NCBI GenBank assembly: GCA_963771275.1
Contig: CAVYSW010000003.1
Span: forward strand, 321,037-385,036
Direction: 5' to 3'
From: an uncultured Gemmatimonadales bacterium
GTDB taxonomy: Bacteria > Gemmatimonadota > Gemmatimonadetes > Gemmatimonadales > GWC2-71-9
DNA length: 64,000 bases
The notes under the pieces were generated by a model. The model was given only the letters and a program-made list of their open reading frames with translations, was not told the origin of the DNA and ran no database searches. Each line of letters opens with the position of its first letter. The first letter of the stretch is position 1. The translations under genes and the position numbers were made by a program. Positions 45,918-58,335 of this stretch are shown here, piece by piece.

Positions 45918-47267
45918 GTGTCTTTGACAACCGAGGGTGTCGTGACCTGGGAGTTCGCGCCGTCGTTCGATGCCGCGCACCGCGCGGCGCTGGAGAGCGG
46001 GAAGCCGCTCGTCTACGTCTGCCCCCCCGCGGGGTGGGCGCTCGCTCCGCTGCTCGACCGCCTCGCGCCGGGGGAGCCGGGCCTCCGGGTTCTCGTGCTG
46101 GTCCCGGAGCCGTCCGTCGCGGCGGACCTGTCGGCCAGCGTGGGCGACAGCGGCACGCTCGCTCCGCTGCACGCCCTCACGGGCGCGACGCGCACCGAGC
46201 GGCTGTTGCGCCGCTCCGCCGCCCGCACCCTCGTCTGCACCCCCGGCGACGCGCTCGAGCTCGCGCGGCGCGCCGCGCTCAAGCTGGCCGACCTGCGGCA
46301 TCTCGTGGTCGCGTGGCCCGAGGCGATGCTGGCCCTGGGGGACGGTCCCGCCCTCGACACGCTGCTCGCCGAAGCGCACGGGGCGCAGCGACTCGTCGCC
46401 ACGACGGACGACGGCGACCCCGCGCTCGGCGATTTCCTCACCCGTCACGCGCACCGCGCGCCGGTCGCCGTCGCCGCGCGCGCCCCCGCCGCCCCGTTCG
46501 GCCCGGCGCGCTACGTCGTGGTGGACGAGGCGCGGCGGGCTGGGGTGGTCCGGGCGCTGCTCGACCACCTCGATCCCGACCGCGCCCTCGTCTGGGACCC
46601 CGTGCCGTCGCGTCATCCCCTGTATGCGGCGCTCGCGCGCGACACCGCGGTCCATGTCACGTCCGACCCCGGGACGGAGCCCGCCGCGCTCGCGGTCGCC
46701 GCCGATCTTCCGAGCGCCGACGCGCTGGCGGCGCTGCGCGCGGTCGCGCGCGAGGTCGTGGTCCTGGTCCGGGCGTCCCAGCTTCACTACCTGCGTCGGC
46801 TGGCGCAGCCGCTCCGACCGCTGCGCGTCGCCGGCGAGACCGACCGGGCGTACGACCGCGCGTTCGCCGCGCGGCGGCGCGTGCGGGAGCGCCTGGCCCA
46901 AGGCCACCTCGACGCGGAGCTGCTGACGCTGGCGCCGTTGTTCGACGAGTTCGATCCGGCGCTGGTGGCGGCGGCCCTGTTGACCCTGCCGGGCGGCGAG
47001 ACGCCGGTCTCCGGCGTGGAGGAACCGGCGGTCCCGGTGCGACTGTTCGTCACGGCCGGACGCCAGGACGGCGTCCGACCGTCCGACATCGTGGGTGCGC
47101 TCGTGAACGGGGTGGGGATCGCGAAGGAAGCCATCGGGCGGGTCGACATCCGGGACAAGTTCGCCCTGGTCGAGGTCCGCGCCGATGAGGCCGACCGCGC
47201 CGCGAAGGGACTGAACGGCTCGATGCTCCGCGGCCGGCGCGTGGCGGCGCGGCCCGACCGCGGCTGA
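45918..47267 (+). CDS. DEAD-box helicase-like protein with degenerate ATPase motifs and an intact C-terminal DbpA RNA-binding domain
   Basis: The C-terminus VRLFVTAGRQDGVRPSDIVGALVNGVGIAKEAIGRVDIRDKFALVEVRADEADRAAKGLNGSMLRGRRV matches the DbpA-domain pattern. TPGD is retained, but no GKT P-loop or DEAD box is present. Confidence 0.6.
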   Translation: MSLTTEGVVTWEFAPSFDAAHRAALESGKPLVYVCPPAGWALAPLLDRLAPGEPGLRVLVLVPEPSVAADLSASVGDSGTLAPLHALTGATRTERLLRRSAARTLVCTPGDALELARRAALKLADLRHLVVAWPEAMLALGDGPALDTLLAEAHGAQRLVATTDDGDPALGDFLTRHAHRAPVAVAARAPAAPFGPARYVVVDEARRAGVVRALLDHLDPDRALVWDPVPSRHPLYAALARDTAVHVTSDPGTEPAALAVAADLPSADALAALRAVAREVVVLVRASQLHYLRRLAQPLRPLRVAGETDRAYDRAFAARRRVRERLAQGHLDAELLTLAPLFDEFDPALVAAALLTLPGGETPVSGVEEPAVPVRLFVTAGRQDGVRPSDIVGALVNGVGIAKEAIGRVDIRDKFALVEVRADEADRAAKGLNGSMLRGRRVAARPDRG

Positions 47268-47270
47268 GGA

Positions 47271-47561
47271 TCAGCCCGGCGGGTTCAGCACGTCGCGCAG
47301 TCCCTGCCCCGGCTTGAAGGCGGGCTGCACCGCGGCCGCGATCATGATCGCGGCACCCGTCTGCGGGTTCCGGCCGGTCCGGGCCGCGCGCTGACGGACC
47401 TGGAACGTGCCGAACCCCGTGACCTGCACCTTGCGGCCGGCACGCAGCTCGCGGGCGATCACCCCGTCGGGGTTGAACAACCCCTCCACCGCCCGCGTGG
47501 CGTCCGTCTTCTGCAGGCCCGCGTGTGCCGCGAGCGCATCGATCAACTCGGCCTTGTTCAC
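47271..47561 (-). CDS. hup: HU family DNA-binding protein
   Basis: Start reset to GTG 47561 (VNKAELIDALAAHAGLQKTDATRAVEGLF...GFGTFQVRQRAARTGRNPQTG), preceded by AAGGAG. Confidence 0.9.
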   Translation of the reverse strand: MNKAELIDALAAHAGLQKTDATRAVEGLFNPDGVIARELRAGRKVQVTGFGTFQVRQRAARTGRNPQTGAAIMIAAAVQPAFKPGQGLRDVLNPPG

Positions 47562-47823
47562 GGCGCCGCTCCTTCCGGCTGGTGTTTCATCGCCAACGTG
47601 CGTCCCGCAATATCGCCCACATCGAGCCGGCCGCAAGCGGCTTGTCCGGGCCGGGCCGTCGCGCTAACCTAGTACCGTTCCAACCGGTTCGGCGTGCGCC
47701 GACGACGGGGTACCGGGTGTCGCAGGCGCCATGGCTCCCGGCTGCGGCCCCTCGGCGAGCGCAGGTCGGAACGGCACCAGGGGGCCGGTGAGACCGCTCG
47801 CGATTCCCTAACAGGCCGCCCGC

Positions 47824-48465
<642 letters not shown>

Positions 48466-48518
48466 CGCCGGCCGTCGCGCTCCTGGCCCCGGACGCGCCC
48501 GCCCCCCACCTTACGCAC

Positions 48519-49130
48519 ATGCTCTCCGTCGCACTCACCGGGAACGTCGCCGCGGGCAAGACGACGGTCTGCCGCCTCTTCGCCGAGTGGGGCGCCACGA
48601 TCATCGAGGCCGACCTCCTGGTGCGGGAAGTGCAGCAGCCCGGCACGCCGGTGCTCGCCGCCATCGCCGAGCGGTTCGGTCCGGGGGTGCTGCTGCCCGA
48701 CGGCGCGCTCGACCGCGCGGCGCTGCGCCGCATCGTGTTCGCCGACGCCGCGGCGCGCCAGGCGCTCAACGCCATCGTGCACCCGGCCGTGCAGCGGCGG
48801 CGTGCCGCGCTCGTGGCGGCGGCCCGCGCGCGCGGCGACCGCGTCGTGGTGAGCGATATCCCGCTGCTGTTCGAGGTACTCGACGCGGCGGCGTTCGACA
48901 CCGTCGTGCTGGTGGACGCCCCCGACGCCGTGCGCCGCGCGCGCCTGGTGCGCGACCGCGGGCTCCTGCCCGACGAGGCCGATCGCCTCATGGCGGCGCA
49001 GCTGCCGGCCGCGACGAAACGGGCGCGCAGCGACATCGTGATCGACAACGACGGGACGCCGGAACAGCTGCGCGCACGCGCGTACGGCGCGTGGCAACGA
49101 CTGCTTGACTTGACCAGAACCGATGGATAA
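48519..49130 (+). CDS. coaE: dephospho-CoA kinase
   Basis: LTGNVAAGKTTV P-loop, then IVHPAV and DIPLLFE. Confidence 0.9.
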   Translation: MLSVALTGNVAAGKTTVCRLFAEWGATIIEADLLVREVQQPGTPVLAAIAERFGPGVLLPDGALDRAALRRIVFADAAARQALNAIVHPAVQRRRAALVAAARARGDRVVVSDIPLLFEVLDAAAFDTVVLVDAPDAVRRARLVRDRGLLPDEADRLMAAQLPAATKRARSDIVIDNDGTPEQLRARAYGAWQRLLDLTRTDG

Positions 49131-49183
49131 CCTATTCGCCGTCCGACTCTTCATTCATGGCGCCCACCGCGATCGGGTGACTC

Positions 49184-49573
49184 ATGTCCGACATACCTGC
49201 GGATTTGCACTACACCGAAGAGCACGAATATGTGAAGCTGACCGACGATCCCAAGACGGTGATCATCGGGATCACCGACTACGCGCAGGGGGAGCTCGGC
49301 GACGTAGTCTACGTGGACCTGCCGGAGGTTGGGGCGACGTTCGGCAAGATGGAGGTCTTCGGGACGATCGAAGCCGTCAAGGCGGTTTCGGAGCTGTTCT
49401 GTCCCGTCGCGGGTGAAGTGGTCGAGATCAACGACGCCCTGGAAGGCGATCCCAGCCTGATCAACAAGGACCCGTACGGCGACGGCTGGATGATCAAGCT
49501 GCGCATTCGCACGCCGGCGGACCTCAAGGAGCTGCTGACCGCCACCGACTACGCCGGGCACGTTGGCGAATAG
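49184..49573 (+). CDS. gcvH: glycine cleavage system H protein
   Basis: YTEEHEYV, ITDYAQGELGDVVYVDLP and the lipoyl-lysine motif IEAVKAVSEL. Confidence 0.95.
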   Translation: MSDIPADLHYTEEHEYVKLTDDPKTVIIGITDYAQGELGDVVYVDLPEVGATFGKMEVFGTIEAVKAVSELFCPVAGEVVEINDALEGDPSLINKDPYGDGWMIKLRIRTPADLKELLTATDYAGHVGE

Positions 49574-49613
49574 CCCCGAGCCGTCCGTCTCCCAACTGGC
49601 AACGCTGGCACGA

Positions 49614-49644
49614 CGCCTCGGGGCACACCCCGGGGCGTTTGTTT
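49614..49644 (+). terminator. intrinsic terminator/attenuator hairpin between gcvH and gcvP
   Basis: CGCCTCGGGG-caca-CCCCGGGGCG forms a 10-bp stem with one G:U, followed directly by tttgttt. The gcvP SD (GAGGAG) and ATG at 49655 follow. Confidence 0.6.
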
Positions 49645-49654
49645 GAGAGGAGCC

Positions 49655-52537
<2,883 letters not shown>

Positions 52538-52544
52538 GCGGCGC

Positions 52545-53291
52545 ATGCGGTGGTCGCTGATCGTCGAGCCCGAGGGACGACCCGGCCACGAGCAGATGGC
52601 GACGGACGACGCCCTCCTGCGCAGCGCGCGGGAGGGCGTCGCCTATTTGCGGCTGTACGCCTGGCGCCCGCCCTGCCTCTCGTTCGGCCGGAACGAGCCC
52701 GCCGCCCAGCGCTACGACCGGCGCCGTATCGCGGCGCTCGGTCTGGACACCGTGCGCCGACCCACCGGCGGCCGGGCCGTATGGCACGACGCCGAAGTCA
52801 CGTACGCGGTGGCCGGACCGGCGGCGCTGTTCGGCTCGCTCCAGGCCACCTACCTGGCGATCCACACGATGCTCGCCACGGCGCTCTGCCGGCTCGGCGT
52901 GCCGGCCACCCTGGCCCGGCCCCGCGCCCCTATCCTGCCGTCTGCGGGCGCCTGTTTCGCGGCGCCCGTGGGCGGGGAGATCGTCGTGCGGGACGGCAAG
53001 CTGGTGGGCAGCGCGCAGGTGCGCGAGGGCGGCGCCTTTCTCCAGCACGGGGCGATCCTGCTCCAGGACGCCCAGGACGTCGTCTCGTCCATCACGCTGG
53101 GACCGGTGCCGAGCTCCGCCGCGAGCTCGCTTGGCGCCGCCCTCGGTCGCGACGTTACATTCGCCGAGATCGCAACCGCCATCACGGAGGCCGCGCGGCA
53201 CGCCTGGCCCGGGATCTGGGCCGAGGCACAGCCGCCGCGCCTCGAGGGGTCGGGGCGCTACGCCGATCCGGCGTGGACCTGGCGCTCCTGA
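52545..53291 (+). CDS. lipoate-protein ligase / octanoyltransferase family protein (BPL_LplA_LipB fold)
   Basis: Start reset to MRWSLIVEPEG (ATG at 52545). RRPTGGRAVWHD and KLVGSAQ (catalytic Lys context). It directly follows gcvH-gcvP. Confidence 0.7.
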   Translation: MRWSLIVEPEGRPGHEQMATDDALLRSAREGVAYLRLYAWRPPCLSFGRNEPAAQRYDRRRIAALGLDTVRRPTGGRAVWHDAEVTYAVAGPAALFGSLQATYLAIHTMLATALCRLGVPATLARPRAPILPSAGACFAAPVGGEIVVRDGKLVGSAQVREGGAFLQHGAILLQDAQDVVSSITLGPVPSSAASSLGAALGRDVTFAEIATAITEAARHAWPGIWAEAQPPRLEGSGRYADPAWTWRS

Positions 53292-53336
53292 GGCGCCACC
53301 CCGGCGCGGCGGGAGCGTGAGCGGGGGCGGGGGCGC

Positions 53337-54323
53337 ATGAGCACGAACACGATCTCCTTCGTCGCGCGACGGCTCGCGCAGGGCGTCATCGTGATCTTCG
53401 CGGTGGCGACCCTGGTGTTCGTGCTGCTCCGCGTGGCCCCCGGCGACCCGCTCACCGTGCTCGGCGAGCAGCCGCAGCTGTCCCCCGCCGCCGTCGACCG
53501 GCTGCGCCGCACGTTCGGCCTCGATCAGCCGGTTCCCGTGCAGTACGTCCGCTACCTCGCCAACCTCGCCCGTGGCGAGTTCGGGGTGTCGCTCACGCAG
53601 CACCGCCCGGTGCTCACAGCCATCGGCGACGCGCTGCCCAACACCCTGCTGCTCGCCGCCGCCGCCCTCCTGGTGGACTTCGCGGTCGGCATCGGCGTCG
53701 GCATCGTGCAGGGCGCGCGCGGCCGGTCCCGCACCGATGCGGTGCTCTCACTCGTGACGGTCACGCTGTACTCGACCCCCGTGTTCTGGCTCGGGCTGGT
53801 CCTGCTCGTGCTGTTCGGCCAGACGCTCGGCTGGTTCCCGGCCGGCGGCACGATCGACCCGATCGGCCACTGGTCGCTGCCGCTCGCGGGACGCCTGCTC
53901 GACCGGCTGCGTCACCTCGTCCTGCCGGCCCTCACCCTGGGACTCGCCGCCGCGGGGTACACCGCGCGGCACCAGCGATCGGCCATGCTCGAGGCGATCG
54001 GCCAGGACTTCGTCCGCACCGCACGCGCCAAGGGTCTGCGGGAGCGCACCGTCGTGCTGCGCCACGCCCTGCGCAACGCCCTGCTCCCCACGATCACCCT
54101 GGCCGGCATCGCCTTCCCGGTGCTCCTGTCGGGCACGGTGCTGGTCGAGACGGTGTTCTCCTGGCCCGGGATGGGCCGGCTCGCGGCGGACGCGATCGGC
54201 CGGCGCGATTACCCGATGGTGACGGGCGCCGCGATCCTCGCCGCCGCGATGGTGGTGCTCGGCAGCCTGCTCGCGGACCTCGCCGCCCGGCTCGCCGACC
54301 CGCGCATCCGGCGGAGCGCCTGA
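53337..54323 (+). CDS. peptide/nickel ABC transporter permease (DppB/OppB-like)
   Basis: 328 aa, 6 TM, with EAA-loop-like DFVRTARAKGLRERTVVLRHALRNA. Confidence 0.9.
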   Translation: MSTNTISFVARRLAQGVIVIFAVATLVFVLLRVAPGDPLTVLGEQPQLSPAAVDRLRRTFGLDQPVPVQYVRYLANLARGEFGVSLTQHRPVLTAIGDALPNTLLLAAAALLVDFAVGIGVGIVQGARGRSRTDAVLSLVTVTLYSTPVFWLGLVLLVLFGQTLGWFPAGGTIDPIGHWSLPLAGRLLDRLRHLVLPALTLGLAAAGYTARHQRSAMLEAIGQDFVRTARAKGLRERTVVLRHALRNALLPTITLAGIAFPVLLSGTVLVETVFSWPGMGRLAADAIGRRDYPMVTGAAILAAAMVVLGSLLADLAARLADPRIRRSA

Positions 54324-55126
54324 TGCGGTTCCGGATCGGACTCGCCCTCGTGATCGCGCTCGCCGCCGTCGCCCTGCTGGCCCCGCTCCTGACCCCGTAT
54401 CCGCCGGCCGCCCAGCTGGACCTCCACGCGCTCCGCTCCGCGCCCCCGTCCTTCGCCCACCCGGCCGGCACGGACCCGTACAGCCGCGACCTGCTGAGCC
54501 GGCTGCTCTACGGGGCGCGCATCTCGCTCACCATCGCGGTGCTCGCCGTCGTCCTCTCCGTCACCGTGGGCACGCTGGTGGGCCTGCTCGCGGGGTACGC
54601 GGGGGGACTCGCCGACGCCGTGCTGATGCGCGTCGTCGACGCGGGCCTCGCGGTACCCAAGATGTTCGTGGTCCTCGTGGTGCTCGCGTTGTGGGAGGGC
54701 GTCACGATCCCCGCGCTGATCGGCATGATCGGTCTCACCGGCTGGTTCGGCGTGAGCCGCATCGTGCGCACCGAGGTCTCCGCTGCTCGCGAGCGCGAGT
54801 ACGTCGCCGCGGCGCGCGCCGCCGGCGCCTCTCCCGTGCGGATCGCCTTCCGGCACATCCTCCCCAACGTGACCGGGCCGATCATCGTCACCGCCGCCAT
54901 GGGGGTGGGGCAGGTCGTGCTGCTCGAGGCGGGGCTGTCCTATCTCGGGATCGGGGTGCCGCAGCCGACGCCGTCGTGGGGCAACATCATCGCCGACGGC
55001 CAGCACGTGTTGCTCACCGCGCCGTGGGTCGCCACGGGCGCCGGCCTGGCCATCATCGTCACCGTGCTCGCGTTCTCGATCCTCGGGGACGGCCTGCGCG
55101 AGCGCCTCGACCCCCGGTCCGCATGA
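54323..55126 (+). CDS. peptide/nickel ABC transporter permease (DppC/OppC-like)
   Basis: 267 aa with EYVAAARAAGASPVRIAFRHILPN. Its start codon directly abuts the upstream stop codon. Confidence 0.9.
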   Translation: MRFRIGLALVIALAAVALLAPLLTPYPPAAQLDLHALRSAPPSFAHPAGTDPYSRDLLSRLLYGARISLTIAVLAVVLSVTVGTLVGLLAGYAGGLADAVLMRVVDAGLAVPKMFVVLVVLALWEGVTIPALIGMIGLTGWFGVSRIVRTEVSAAREREYVAAARAAGASPVRIAFRHILPNVTGPIIVTAAMGVGQVVLLEAGLSYLGIGVPQPTPSWGNIIADGQHVLLTAPWVATGAGLAIIVTVLAFSILGDGLRERLDPRSA

Positions 55127-56109
55127 GCGCGCTGCTCGCCGTCCGCGACCTCACCGTCACGTTCGACGCCCGCCCCCGGGTCGCCCGGGCGGTGGACGGC
55201 GTCTCGTTCGAGGTGGCGCCGGGCGAGACCCTGGCGCTGGTCGGCGAGTCGGGGTGCGGGAAGACGGTGACCGCGCTGGCCCTGCTCCGGCTGCTGCAGC
55301 AGCCGCCGGCGCGGATCGCGCCGGCGAGCCGGATTCTCTTCGAGGACGCCGACGTGCTCGCCATGGACGGAGCCGCGCTGCGGCGGCTCCGCGGCGCGCG
55401 CATGGCCATCGTGTTCCAGGAGCCGATGACGAGCCTGAACCCGGTGCTCACCGTCGGAACGCAGATCGCGGAGACCGTCCGGGCGCACGAGCGCGTGCCG
55501 CGCGCGGCGGCGCGCGCGCGCGCGGCCGACATGCTCGCGCTCATGGGCCTACCCGACCCACCGCGCTGCCTGCGGCAGTATCCCCACGAGCTGAGCGGCG
55601 GCATGCGGCAGCGCGTCCTCCTCGCCATGGCCCTCGTGTGCCGGCCGCAGCTGCTGATCGCGGACGAGCCGACCACCGCGCTCGACGTGACGATCCAGGC
55701 CCAGATCCTCGAGCTGCTTGCCGACCTCCGGTCCCGCCTCGGCATGGCGATGCTGCTGATCACCCACAACCTCGGGATCGCCGCCGGGATCGCCGACCGC
55801 GTCGCGGTGATGTACGGCGGGCGCATCGTCGAAACGGCCCCCAGCACCGAGCTGTTCGCGCGCCCTGCGCACCCCTACACCGCCGGTCTGCTGCGCGCCG
55901 CCCCGCGGCTGGACGGCCCGGCGCGGCCGACGCTCGCGATTCCCGGGACGGTGCCGCCGGCCACCGCGTGGCCCGACGGCTGTCGCTTCCACCCCCGCTG
56001 CGCGCGCGTGTGGCAGCGCTGCGGGACGGAGCCGCCGCTGCTGGACGTCGGTCCCGCGCGCACCGCGCGCTGCTGGCTGGTCGCGGACCCGACGGGCGGA
56101 AAACCGTGA
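55123..56109 (+). CDS. peptide ABC transporter ATP-binding protein (DppD/OppD-like)
   Basis: Start reset to MSALLAVRDLTV (ATGA overlap). GESGCGKT, LSGGMRQRV and LIADEPTTALD. C-terminal Cys motif CRFHPRC. Confidence 0.9.
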   Translation: MSALLAVRDLTVTFDARPRVARAVDGVSFEVAPGETLALVGESGCGKTVTALALLRLLQQPPARIAPASRILFEDADVLAMDGAALRRLRGARMAIVFQEPMTSLNPVLTVGTQIAETVRAHERVPRAAARARAADMLALMGLPDPPRCLRQYPHELSGGMRQRVLLAMALVCRPQLLIADEPTTALDVTIQAQILELLADLRSRLGMAMLLITHNLGIAAGIADRVAVMYGGRIVETAPSTELFARPAHPYTAGLLRAAPRLDGPARPTLAIPGTVPPATAWPDGCRFHPRCARVWQRCGTEPPLLDVGPARTARCWLVADPTGGKP

Positions 56110-57092
56110 ACGCGCCCCCGCCGTCGACGCCCCTCGTCACCGTCGAGGGTCTGGTCAAGCGCTTCGCCACGGACCGCGCGGGGCACGCGCCGCTGCATGC
56201 CGTGAGCGGCGTGTCGCTCGCGGTGGGCCGCGGGGAAACGCTCGCGCTCGTCGGGGAGAGCGGCTCGGGCAAGACGACCGTGGCGCGCTGTCTCGTGCGG
56301 CTGGTGGACCCGGATGCGGGATCGATCCGGTTCGACGGGGTGGACCTCACCACCTTGCGGGGCCGCGCGCTCCGCGCGTTCCGGCGACGCATCCAGATCG
56401 TGTTCCAGGACCCCTACGGCTCGCTCAATCCCCGCATGACCGTCGGCCAGACCGTGGCGGAGCCGCTCGCGATCCACCGCATCGCCACCGGGCGCGCGGC
56501 CGACCAGCGCGTCGTCGCGCTGTTCCGCGAGGTCGGCCTCGACCCGTCCTATCGCACGCGCTACCCCCACCAGCTCTCGGGCGGGCAGCGCCAGCGCGTC
56601 GGCATCGCCCGCGCCCTGGCCCCGGGCCCGGAGTGTCTCGTGCTCGACGAGCCCGTGTCCGCCCTCGACGTGTCGGTGCAGGCCCAAGTGCTCGTGTTGC
56701 TGCGGGAGCTGCAGCAGCAGCGCGGCCTGACGTACCTGTTCATCGCGCACGACCTCGCCGTCGTGCGCCAGATCGCGTCACGCGTCGCCGTGATGTACCT
56801 GGGACGGATCGTGGAGGAGGCGCCGGCGGAGCTGCTCTTCGCGATGCCGCATCACCCCTACACCGCATCGCTGCTCTCGGCCGTCCCCGTGCCGGATCCG
56901 GCGGCGCCCCGGACCCGGATCGCCCTCACCGGCGAGCCGCCGAGCCCCGTGCACCCCCCCGCCGGATGCCCGCTGCATCCCCGCTGCCCGCACCCGGCGA
57001 AGGACGAGCGCTGCCGCACGGAGCTGCCGGCGCTGCGCGTGATCGGGGACGACCGCCGGGTCGCGTGCCATCACGCGGACCAGGCCCTGTAG
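56106..57092 (+). CDS. peptide ABC transporter ATP-binding protein (DppF/OppF-like)
   Basis: GTG start at 56106 (GTGA overlap). GESGSGKTT, LSGGQRQRV and LVLDEPVSALD. C-terminal CPLHPRCP. Confidence 0.9.
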   Translation: MNAPPPSTPLVTVEGLVKRFATDRAGHAPLHAVSGVSLAVGRGETLALVGESGSGKTTVARCLVRLVDPDAGSIRFDGVDLTTLRGRALRAFRRRIQIVFQDPYGSLNPRMTVGQTVAEPLAIHRIATGRAADQRVVALFREVGLDPSYRTRYPHQLSGGQRQRVGIARALAPGPECLVLDEPVSALDVSVQAQVLVLLRELQQQRGLTYLFIAHDLAVVRQIASRVAVMYLGRIVEEAPAELLFAMPHHPYTASLLSAVPVPDPAAPRTRIALTGEPPSPVHPPAGCPLHPRCPHPAKDERCRTELPALRVIGDDRRVACHHADQAL

Positions 57093-57101
57093 CCCCGGCG
57101 G

Positions 57102-57500
57102 TCAGTCGAACAGATCGCTCTGCGGCAGGTTCCCGTCGGACGCGTCGGCCTTGAGCACGTTGCGCAGCCGTCGCACCCACATGTCGACGTCCAGCTTCGC
57201 TTCGTTCGCCAGCATGCGGCGCAGCACGTCGGGCACGTCTCCCAGGCTGTCGGCAAGGTCGCCGAGGATCTCCCGCGCCTCCTGCATCCGCAGCACCTCG
57301 TCCGTGGCGACCGCCATGTCCTGCAGGATCGCCTGTTCGGAGCGCGACGCGACGATCGGCTGTTCGAGCGTCGCCGTGTAGACCTCGGTGCGGCGCCCGG
57401 GACCGCGGTCCTGCTCGATCGGCATCAGCCCCACGATCGCGTCCGACCGCCAGTACTTACCGTAGCCGAGATAGACCATCCGGTCGGGTTTCACGTCCAT
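57102..57500 (-). CDS. hypothetical protein; N-terminus loosely RemA/DUF370-like
   Basis: MVYLGYGKYWRSDAIVGLMP...PGRRTEVYTATLEQPIVASRSEQAIL resembles, from memory, RemA (IGFGN..IIAIV...GRRTRAVI..D..VILSAVQPETV). The C-terminal half is helical and acidic. Confidence 0.45.
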   Translation of the reverse strand: MDVKPDRMVYLGYGKYWRSDAIVGLMPIEQDRGPGRRTEVYTATLEQPIVASRSEQAILQDMAVATDEVLRMQEAREILGDLADSLGDVPDVLRRMLANEAKLDVDMWVRRLRNVLKADASDGNLPQSDLFD

Positions 57501-57509
57501 GGTGTCCGC

Positions 57510-58040
57510 CTATTTCCCCATGCGTTTCTTGAGATCTGCCAGCCGCTGGGCCGCGTCCGCCTCCCGCGCGGCCCGGTCGGTCACCGTGCGCAGCTCGGTG
57601 TCGTCGGTGCCGAGCTCCTCGGCCGTCGGGCCCGCGGCCTCGGGCGCGATCCCGCCCCGGCGCTCGAGCTCCTTGAGCTGCGTCACCATCTCCCCCACGT
57701 CGCGGTCCGCCAGCGTCAGCTCGGCGTGCTGCGCCGCGAGCTTCTGCTCCAGCACGGCCACCCGCTCGCCGTGCTTGGCGGCGAAGCGCTGCGCGATCGC
57801 GACGGTCTCCGCGTCGCCGATCCCTTCCGCGAGCGCCCCCCGGCGCTGGGCGTCGGCGAGCTGCTGGCGCTCCACGACCAGCTCGCGCTCGGTTCTGGCC
57901 AGGGCCTCGCGCAGCTGCATCAGGGCCGCGCGGCCCTCCACCGCCGCGCGCCGCATCTGCCCCTGGAGGTCTCGCCAGTCGGGTGGCGGCATCGCCGCAT
58001 CGAGCGCCGCGTTCACCGCCGCGCGCAGACGCTCGAACAC
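57510..58040 (-). CDS. PspA/IM30-like coiled-coil protein
   Basis: GTG start at 58040. MFERLRAAVNAALDAA is followed by about 150 aa of continuous heptad-like helix, as in the PspA family. Confidence 0.5.
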   Translation of the reverse strand: MFERLRAAVNAALDAAMPPPDWRDLQGQMRRAAVEGRAALMQLREALARTERELVVERQQLADAQRRGALAEGIGDAETVAIAQRFAAKHGERVAVLEQKLAAQHAELTLADRDVGEMVTQLKELERRGGIAPEAAGPTAEELGTDDTELRTVTDRAAREADAAQRLADLKKRMGK

Positions 58041-58049
58041 GGCCGCCGG

Positions 58050-58214
58050 CTAGGCCTTCTTCGACGTCTTGGCAAAGAAGGACCGCAACTCCTGGCTCAC
58101 CTTCGTGGACTTGCACTTCGGGCACGCGACCCGGCCGCGGCCGTGCGCCGAGATGCGTTCCGGACGCGAGAAGCGCTTCCCGCACTTGTCGCACCGATAG
58201 GAATACGTCGGCAT
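58050..58214 (-). CDS. FmdB-family zinc-ribbon protein (54 aa)
   Basis: Below the track cutoff. MPTYSYRCDKCGKRFSRPERISAHGRGRVACPKCKSTKVSQELRSFFAKTSKKA has the MPxYxYxC..CG...CPxC pattern. Confidence 0.7.
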   Translation of the reverse strand: MPTYSYRCDKCGKRFSRPERISAHGRGRVACPKCKSTKVSQELRSFFAKTSKKA

Positions 58215-58335
58215 AGTCACCCTCAGCGATCGATGTGGACGGCCCCGATAGGTTATGCCCCGTCAACAGGCCGGTCAAGCGAGCGCGGACGGCCCCCTAT
58301 GGCCACCGCCCGGCCCCCACGCCAGATTGCAGGGC

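Noticed and set aside
47562-47823. A 262-nt GC-rich gap between hup and tdk, inspected for an SRP-like or other structured RNA and for small ORFs.
   Set aside because: The segment gcaggtcggaacggcacc only superficially resembles the SRP helix-8 motif, and the flanks are not complementary. The only small ORF (26 aa, starting at ATG 47731) has no SD and a junk-like sequence. A weak TTGCGG-N16-GATATT promoter for hup (minus strand, 47609-47636) is possible but too weak to call.
49131-49183. A possible glycine riboswitch upstream of gcvH.
   Set aside because: Only 53 nt separate coaE from gcvH. That is too short for even a single glycine aptamer plus expression platform, and no conserved aptamer core was evident.
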